Assembly (NCBI GenBank): GCA_023205875.1
Contig: CP060772.1
Coordinates: 1 to 64,000 of the forward strand
Direction: 5' to 3'
DNA length: 64,000 nucleotides
Origin: Chloropicon primus
Taxonomy: Eukaryota
Of the stretch, positions 56,101 through 64,000 are shown one piece after another. The position numbers were made by a program, and so were the translations under genes. Every line of letters begins with the position of its first letter. Within the stretch, counting starts at the first letter, position 1. The notes beneath the pieces are model-generated. The model made no database searches. It worked only from the letters and a program-made list of their open reading frames with translations, and had not been told where the DNA came from.

Positions 56101-59100
56101 GATGTCACCCTGACCGCTTCCTTCGGAGCGAGCACGATCACTGCCACGATTGCCGTCAGTCCATCTGCTCCACCAGCTCTGGAGACTGTGAAGATGGCTT
56201 CCCTCACGGGTATCACTGCCAGCTTCGACATGGACACGAACATGGGTAACATGGGATCCTCCCAGGACTGCAACCTCGTCCTTGCCTCTGCCACTGTTGG
56301 CAAGCTGGGTACCGGAGCCACTTGCTCCTTTACCACCGCCAAGGAGCTCACCATCACCCTTGGTTCCGAGGCCACCATCTTGCCTGTCGGCTCCTTGGCC
56401 CCGGACACTGTCGTGATCAAGGAGAACGCCATCGCCAACGCCGCTGGAAACTCTTTCAACACGACTGGTTCTGCCCTCCTTCAGGCCCCTGATGTGACCG
56501 TCGTGCCTTCCGTGGTCGCCAAGGCCCCAGCTACCGTGGGTATCTGCGAGGACTTGACTGTTGACGCTTCCAGTTCCGACGGATCCGGAGGACGTAACTT
56601 GGCCTTCTCCTTCGCCGTGGAGGGTCTCGGATCCAAGATCCTGTCCCTGTCCAACTTGTTGAAGAGTCTCGACTCCACTCAGAGTATTGCTGACATTGAC
56701 AAGAACGCCATGAACTACGGAATCCAGTACAACTTCATCGTGTCTGCCACCAACTTCTTGGGACAGACGACCACTGAGAAGATTCCTGTGTACAGGGGTG
56801 ACACTCAGGTTCCAACCATCTTCATCGCAGGAAAGTCTTCCGTGACGACCGAGTCGTCCAGCAAGGTGACCGTTCCTTGCAGAGCGGAAATGCCTGGTGA
56901 CTTCGTCTTCGACTCTGCCCTGCAGACTTGCGTGAAGAACACCGGGGGAGACCTCTTCCCTGTCAACTTCAGCTGGAAGTCTGACAAGAGCAAGGCCACC
57001 TTTGATGCCACTGGGTTGGACTCGACCTTCGCCGCCACCATGGAGACTCGTGACTTCACCATCCCCAACAACTACTTGGAGGCTGGTAAGACGTACGGGT
57101 TCATCTGTACCGGTGCCGACGCCGCGGATCCTTCCAGGCAGCAGAGCGCCATGGTCGACGTCACCGTCGAGTACAGCGCCTACGAGGTTTCCATCAAGGG
57201 AGGCTCGAGGGACATCTCTGCCAGCAGCGTCTTGGAATTGGAGGCCGTTGTGGCGGATCCAAACGAGGCGAACTTCCCGGTCAACTACGTTTGGGACTTC
57301 ACCACCACCTCTGATGCGGGGTACAAGAAGTCCGCTGCTTTCTACAGCACCGCTGCCTTGTCCCAGGGTAAGCTGACCCTGGCCGCCAACGAGCTCCCAC
57401 CGGGAACTTACGTGTTCAGCGTCACCGCCTCCAAGGAGCCCGTGACCTCGAAGAGGAAGGCCGTCTCTGCCTCGGTGACCATCACCGTCAAGGAGCAGGC
57501 CGTTCTCGGCGTGAGCATCGAGTCCAACGTCGCCAAGAAGGTCTTGAAGCCTTCCAAGACTCTCGAGCTCTTCTGCCACGACCAAAAGACTGCCGACGAC
57601 GACGGCACCGGAACCACCACCTACGCCTGGACCATGACGAGCAGCGTGGGCGACGCCGACTTGAGCTCCAAGGCCCAGGGAGGAGTGGCATCCGACGCCT
57701 TGGTCCTTCCCGGAGGAAGCTTGCTTCCCGGCGTGGATTACACCTTCAGGTGCGCGGCCACCCACGCCACCAGCCTTGCGACCGTATCGGGCGCGAGTTC
57801 CAAGACGATCTCCACCGAGAGCTTGCCCTCTTCAGGAAAGGTCATTGTCACCGCCCTGAAGAACGGGAAGACCTTTGCCGACGCCACGATTGACGTGGCC
57901 TCCGGTCTGGGAGACATCGAGATCATCGCCAAGGATTGGGTGAGCAACGCCGACCAGATCTTCTACGAGTTCCACGCCATCGAGACGACCACGAGCACGG
58001 ACGTCTTGCTGGGAACGCCGTCCGCCGAGAACAAGGTCGTGTCTTCCCTTCCCGTGGGAACCTACAAGATTGTTGCGTACATCAAGAACGATTTGGAGCC
58101 CCAGTCCGCCTTGGACAAGGCCGCCGGAGCCAAGTACGAGGTCACCAAGACCTTTAAGTTTGGGGACCTCACCCAGGCCATCGATGATGTCAGCAGGCGT
58201 AGGTTGCTCACCGGGGGTGCGCCCACCAACGAGATGGAGCAGCTCTACTTCAGGTTCCAGGTCGGAGTCGCTGAGGGTGACGTGCCCAAGGCCCTCTCCT
58301 TCGCGCTGATCTTCGGTGACTCGTTCGGAGGAGCCGCCAAGGCTCAGACCTGCACCGCCGGCGACGCCGCCGTGGCTCAGATCAAGAACGGAATGTTCAC
58401 CGACCTCATCGCTTTGGACGCCAAGGTCGTGCCTACCAACGAGTACATTGGTTCCCATGCGTGCGCCTACAGCGGCTTGCTGTACGTGCCAGGCGACCAG
58501 CAGCAGGCGAACATCGCCAGCGTGGCGCTCACTCTCAAGACCGTCTTGGCTGCCGTCGCGGACAAGTCGAACCCTCTGAGCATTCCACCAAGTGAGGGAG
58601 ACCCCTACTTGTGCTTCTTGAACTCGATGTCGAGTCTCACGACTTACATCAAGTCGGACTGCGAGAGCAAGAACATTGGGCTCACCATGCTCAAGGACAA
58701 CACGGATACGGTTGGCTTCTTGGCCCAGGCGGTGTCGGACACCACTTTCGCCCACACCGTGGTGAGAAAGAACACGGACGTTCTCGACATTTATGCCTCG
58801 GGACCCACCTCTAATGCTGTCTTGAACGGCAAGTTCCCTGTCACCGTCAAGTCCAACACCACCACGTCCTCCCCAGCCATGGCTGTCGTGGACGCCGAGG
58901 AGCTGCTGAAGGACCAGTACGTGTTGAGTGAGATCATCTCCCTCAACGCGGACGCCAAGTCCACCGCGACCTTTGCCGTGCCGACGGCCAGCCTTGCTGT
59001 GCCGCCCGCCGGGTACGAGCCGGCGGTCAAGTTCTGGACCGGCACTTTCACCAACGGCGTTGCAGACTTTGTGGACGTCCCAGAGCTCGCCGAAGACGGC

Positions 59101-60699
59101 ATCGACGCCGTCAAGGAGGTCTACGGCTTTGACTTGAACGTGGACGCGGGCGAGACCCTCTACGTGGTGTTCTACGCCGTGGAGATCAAGCTTGGCCTCA
59201 GCATGTTGGAGTTCTACGCCCCAGAGTATTCGTACACCACCGCGACTGGACAGCTCACGGGTGCCATTGAGCTCACTCCTCCGTTCAGCATGAAGAACTA
59301 CGAGTACACGGTCTCAGTGACCAACTTGCAGCCTCTGGCCGAGTTCAAGGCCCAGGTCGCCGTCGACGGCATCAAGCTCGAGGTCTCCAAGGCCGGCGAG
59401 CTCGAGGGAGCCAAGGACGTGACCGCCTCTGCCATGGCGGTTGGGGTTCCGGCCAAGTTTGCCGCCGGGGACATCGACGTCCACGGGGAGGACGAGTGCG
59501 TTCCTACGAGTGCGTGCGTCGCCAAGACGAACGTGTACGAGTTCAAGCTGACCAAGGGAGACGACACTAAGTCTTACTTTGTCCGCATTTCGAGAAGCGC
59601 AAGTACCCAGGGCGACCTGCAAGACTTGAAGCTCGCCGCCGCCTCGGTGTACGAGCAGCTCTACGACGACGGCATGGCTGCCGTGTCCTACAGCGACAGC
59701 CAGCTGGCTTACTCGGCCTACGTGTACAGTTCCGTCACCGCGGCCACCATCGAGGCCAAGGCCCAGGCCAACGCTCCCTTCCCTTACGGTCCAGGTGGCG
59801 CCCACTTGGTCGTCCAAGGTCCCGGTGCGACTGGAGCGAACGCCATCTCGGCTTGGGGCAACAGCACCGCCGTGGTTGGTTCGGCCGAGCCCAACTCGGC
59901 GAACAAGCACATCCTGATCGGAAAGAACCCCGTGACTGTCGACGTGACTTCCCAGGACGGCCAGCAGGTCGTCGAGTACGTGGTGAAGATCTTCAGGATG
60001 GGCAAGCCGGTGAGTGTCACCGAGAGGTTTGCAGGTTTGAACGCCAACGACTTTATCAACAACGCGGACGCCCAGAACGCTTTCATCGCGGCCAAGGCGG
60101 CCCAGCTCGGCATCGAGCCTTACCAGGTTGAGATCTTGCTCATCAAGAGCGGCTCCGTGATCGTCGAGTACGTCATCTACCCCGTGGTGGACATCCTGAG
60201 GGACCCCACCGCGACTCCGGCGGAGAAGGACGCCGTGGAGGCCCAGGTCACCACGGCGAACATCTTGGGTGCCGACAACTTGGCCACCACCGTGCTGAGC
60301 AAGACGGGAGAGGTCTTGGACTTTGGTGCCTTTGGGTCCGGAGTGAGCGAGATCCAGAAGAGTGCCACTCCGCCCATCCCACGTCCATCGGACCTCCCTT
60401 GCCCCGTCTGTCCGCTCGGGTACTTGACCACGACGGAGACCAACGGGGAAGGGGTGACGTTTTGCTCTTGTGCCATGCCAGCCGAGAAGAAGGGTGGGGA
60501 CGACCTGGGAGACGGCGAGATCGCGGGCATCGTTGTTGGGTGTGTGTTGTTTGTGGCTGCCGTCGCTGTGGTGAGCATTGTGATCTACAGGAGGAGGAGG
60601 CAGGCCCAGCAGGTGCTTGATGATGGAGGAAGTAGCGATGAGGATGAGGATGAGGGAAACAACAATAATAGCGAGGGAGAAGCGGAGGACCGGACCTAG
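41125..60699 (+). CDS. Giant (~6,430 aa) type I membrane protein with IPT/TIG, cadherin-like beta-sandwich, filamin/Ig-like, REJ-like and SEA-like domains; exons 41125-41203, 41271-41344, 41557-60699
   Basis: Two GT-AG introns join a signal peptide (ASAVLALLLFVV) to a 19.1-kb exon. IPT motifs (SP..GP.SGGT.V), cadherin-like motifs (PAFDP....Y, VT.EDG....Y), many D.(F/Y)GN filamin-type repeats and a REJ-like region (~56500-58170) follow. GSVIVEY, a TM segment (IAGIVVGCVLFVAAVAVVSIVIY), RRRR and a short acidic tail close the protein. Confidence 0.9.
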
Positions 60700-61107
60700 C
60701 TCGCTAGGGAAGATTGATTACTAGAGATAAATAGATGGATAGAAGAGAGGAGGAGGAGGAGTTTCTAGTGAAGAGTTTGTACAAAAAAGAACAAGAATTT
60801 TTTATCATGATGATCAAAAAGAGTAACTAAGAAAGTTAACAACAACCGCGATTGTTGAACGAGACAGACGACGAAACGGAACGACGTACGTACGGAGTTC
60901 GTAACGTTTTTGAGTCGAGGAGTTCGTTCGACAATTGATTGAACATTTAATTGAAACTACAAATCATACTACATGCCTTACATACTTTATATTATGTTTT
61001 GCTTTGGGTTCGAGTGGGTGAGAAAGGACGAAAGGGGGCTGTTGGTTGTGTGATGGTGAGTTGAGGAGCTTTGTAAGTGAGGAGCTTGAGTGAGGAGCCC
61101 AGGGTAG

Positions 61108-61318
61108 TTTTAGGATTGATCTTTAGGTTGGGTGTTTAGGAATGATCTTTAGGTTGGGTGTTTAGGATTAGGATTGGGATGGTTTCAGGATTGATCTTTA
61201 GGATCAGCTTAGGATCGGGTTTAGGTTCGGGTTTAGGGTTGGTTTTCGTTTCGATGGTTTAGGAACCGCTTAGGATTAGGATTCACCTTTAGGATAGGCC
61301 TTTAGGACCACATTAGGA
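61108..61318 (+). repeat. Interstitial array of spaced telomere-like TTAGG/TTTAGG motifs
   Basis: About 16 TTAGG cores lie on the same strand, mostly 11-13 bp apart, with variable spacers. Confidence 0.8.
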
Positions 61319-61582
61319 TCGATCTCGTTCGGATTGTTCCTTTCACACGTGTTTCACGTGCCCATAGCAATCCCCAAGGAGGACGCTTTCTCGACACTTG
61401 GTTCCGCGCACCAAAACCGCGCAAATGACGGCTCCATCGCAAGCTGTGTTGAGATCCCTCGCTTGGTCCTAAGACCCCTTCCCCTTGCCCAATCCCCCCC
61501 GACGCCACACCCCTCGACCCAAACACGAGACCTTGAAGGACCTCGATTCATGAAGATTTTGAACAATTACAGCAACAGGTGG

Positions 61583-61936
61583 ACGAAGCAGGCAGCAAAG
61601 AGGAGCGAGGAGCGAGGAGAGAGGAGAGAGGAGGGAGGGAGGGAGGGGAGGAGGACAAGGGGCAGAGGAAGGAGCGTCTCTTCTTTCTCTTTCGATAGAG
61701 CCATCTCTTGCTTGGTTGCTTGGTTGCTTGGTTGCTTGCAAAGGGACTGAAGACGACGACAACCACCACGAAAAGTGAACGAAGCAGGCAGCAAAGAGGA
61801 GCGAGGAGAGAGGAGAGAGAGAGAGGGAGGACAAGGGGCAGAGGAAGGAGCGTCTTTTCATTCTCTTTCGATAGAGCCATCTCTTGCTTGGTTGCTTGCT
61901 TGCTTGCTTGCTGCAAAGGGACTGAAGACGACGACA
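61583..61936. repeat. Tandem direct duplication, period ~196 bp
   Basis: ACGAAGCAGGCAGCAAAGAGGAGCGAGGAG...GATAGAGCCATCTCTTGCTTGG...GGGACTGAAGACGACGACA starts at 61583 and again at 61779. Confidence 0.9.
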
Positions 61937-62068
61937 GAGACCCACGGAGCAAGGGGGACCGGGAGGGAGGGAGCAAAGATTGCATCTTTGAGACCCTTGG
62001 AGGTTTCTTTTTCTTTGTCTGTGTGTCTGTGTGTGCGTGTGTATGCGTTGCTCTGTTTTGAAGGGAGG

Positions 62069-63236
62069 ATGACAGCCAGAGTATGGAAGACTCAAGCGGT
62101 GAACTCGTGCTGGAGTTCTAGCCTTTTGGCCCAGGAGAAGGGAGTGGCGCCCCTCAAGGTGTTCACCAGCTCTCCCTCGTTCCTTCCTGCGAGGAACACG
62201 AGCGAGGAGAAGGCAACTTGGGTGGAAGCGGAGGAGGATGAAGTGGCGGCGGTCCCTAGAGCAAGCCAAGGCGTTGGGACCATGGCTTGCCTCATCAAAC
62301 GCTTCAGGGAGTCGCCCCCCTTGTCGAAAGAGAGGAGGGAGGGCGGCGCTCTCGAGTCGCTCCCCGCCTTCTGGTGGAGGGAAGAGAGCCAGCGTCACAT
62401 CCAGGAAGCTGTCAAGGAGGAGGAAGCTGTCAAGGAGGAGGAAGAAGAAGAAGAAGAAGAAGAAGAAGAGGTGATCCAGGAGGAGGAGGTGGAGGTGGAG
62501 GAGGAGGAAGGCAGCGCGCCCTCGTCGGGGAGGGAGGACCTCCTGAGGGACCTGCAGACCATGTTCGACTTGGCAGAGGGGGAGGACATTCTCCAGGCCT
62601 GGAGGAAGAGAAACAGGCTCCTGCTGCAGAAGCGTGGCTTGATGAGAATGGAAGAAGAAGAGGAGGAAGAAGAAGAGGAAGAGGAAGAAGAGGAGGAGGA
62701 GGCGTCCCCGAGCGGGAAGGGTGATGGTGGTGGCGAGGTCGATGGGATCATGGAATCGGGCTACAGGGGCTTCATCGACAAGCTTCGGAGGCGGCTCGGG
62801 ATGCTCGAGTATGAAGGGGAGGTATTATCGGGGATCGAGACGAAGGAGGAGGACCTGCTTGTGGAGGAGGACCTGCTTGTGGAGGAGGAGGCCCAAGATG
62901 ACGAGGAAGAAGAGGAGGAGGACCCCGCGGACAGGAGGAGGAGGAGGAGTGTGACATTATCGGGGATCGAGACGAAGGAGGAGGATCCCGCGGACAGGAG
63001 GAGGAGGGCTGTTCCAGCCACGAGCAGCATTGAGCCCCTGCTGGAGCAAGTCGTGCACGAGCACCTGTTCAGCTTCAGCTTGCCTGCCGACCCCCTGGTG
63101 GAGGAGGAGAAGAATTCCCCTGGGTTGTTGAGCCCCGAGCGCCTCCTCGAGATGAAGGAGTACGACTCGGACAAGGTGGTGTTGATGCTCAAGGAGAGGA
63201 TCCTTTCGCTCCAGAAATCCATGAGCGACAGCACCG

Positions 63237-63271
<35 letters not shown>

Positions 63272-63295
63272 GGAGAAGAAGGTGGACGACGATGA
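62069..63295 (+). CDS. Glu-rich, largely disordered protein with PROSER3-like conserved motifs
   Basis: 408-aa ORF with poly-E tracts. The motifs LIKRFRESPPLSKERR...AFWW, EDILQAWRKR and YDSDKVVLMLKERI are recalled as similar to animal PROSER3. Confidence 0.55.
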
Positions 63296-63392
63296 AATCA
63301 TCGTGGCCGTCATGATCATCCAGCGGACCAGGAGCAGGCTTGCGTGTGCGTGCGTGTAAGTTTGTGTGTGTGGGAGAGAAAGTCGAATCATA

Positions 63393-63434
<42 letters not shown>

Positions 63435-63572
63435 CCAGAGCTCGTCTCGCTCGCTCGCTCGTTCGTGATAATGATAATGAATACAATATATATATATATA
63501 TAAAACGGTCGGTTTTCGGTTTCCGGGCTTTATCGGATTTTTCCATGCTCGTCCATGCTCGCCCTTTTTCAA

Positions 63573-64000
63573 TCAAGGGTATCTTGGGTAGCTGCTCTGA
63601 GAGGGCATCCCGTGAGGGGGGGGCTGCACGTTCGGATCGAAGGTCCCGGGGGGCGCCTGCATCTGCATCATGGGGTTGTGCATGGAGCCGGACTGGTGGC
63701 CGTACGCCATCATGTACCTCTGCTGGACGTCGCCGTGCGGCATGGCCCCGCCGACCGGGAGCATCTGCCCCATGGCAGGCTGCTGCTTGGCGCTGGCCGA
63801 GGCCGACATGCTCCCCATCTGCATCCTCGGGCTCCCCATCATTTGCATCTCCTGCATGGGGATCGAAGAGACAACTGTCGGGTTGCTCCCGTCCCCGACC
63901 GCGGTGGGCGTCCCCGGCGCGGCCGCACCGGGCTGGTTCGGGGGGATCCCGCTGGCCGCCGGGGGGGGCGTGACCGCCGGCCTGTTCACGTACTCGCACA
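63573..64000 (-). CDS. 3' end of a gene with a Pro/Gln/Met-rich C-terminus (runs off the window)
   Basis: The open frame ends ...PPPHGMPSQSSYPRYP* with GC3-rich codons and is followed by an AT-rich 3' region. The 5' part lies outside the window. Confidence 0.6.
   Translation of the reverse strand, partial: CEYVNRPAVTPPPAASGIPPNQPGAAAPGTPTAVGDGSNPTVVSSIPMQEMQMMGSPRMQMGSMSASASAKQQPAMGQMLPVGGAMPHGDVQQRYMMAYGHQSGSMHNPMMQMQAPPGTFDPNVQPPPHGMPSQSSYPRYP

Noticed and set aside
42301..58755. Very long antisense ORFs (2100, 1070, 867 and 631 aa) opposite the giant gene, and similar ones opposite the PDE, AsnRS and kinesin
   Set aside because: These are shadows of biased codon usage: TTA, CTA and TCA are rare on the sense strand, so antisense stops are rare. 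The translations have no domain-like character.

Overview
This window is the left end of a compact, GC-rich eukaryotic chromosome. It is most likely a picoplanktonic green alga of the Chloropicon type; this is inferred from the (TTTTAGG)n telomere, the short and sparse GT-AG introns, the plant-type genes and relics of 'GHLDVLKWLRSQDPPCPW' ankyrin repeats. It opens with the telomere and a 198-bp subtelomeric repeat. About 20 protein genes follow: a GT25 glycosyltransferase, an LRR/FAM194-like protein, a CENP-E-type kinesin, a Dpy-30-like protein, a secreted orphan, protein C10, TMEM33/Pom33, GDPD, a methyltransferase-like protein carrying an AP2 domain, dynein p28, a GAF-GAF phosphodiesterase, AsnRS, RPL15, CNX1E/MoeA, an At4g37920-like protein, a ~6,430-aa type I surface protein and a PROSER3-like protein. 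The most striking structure is a ~1.85-kb direct duplication (19881-21737 / 22817-24671) flanking a ~1.1-kb insert. The insert carries a secreted Cys/Pro-rich ORF joined exactly in frame to the duplicated GDPD catalytic domain, interrupted only by one TGA, so it looks like a young chimeric gene. All family assignments come from motif recognition by eye; no searches were run.
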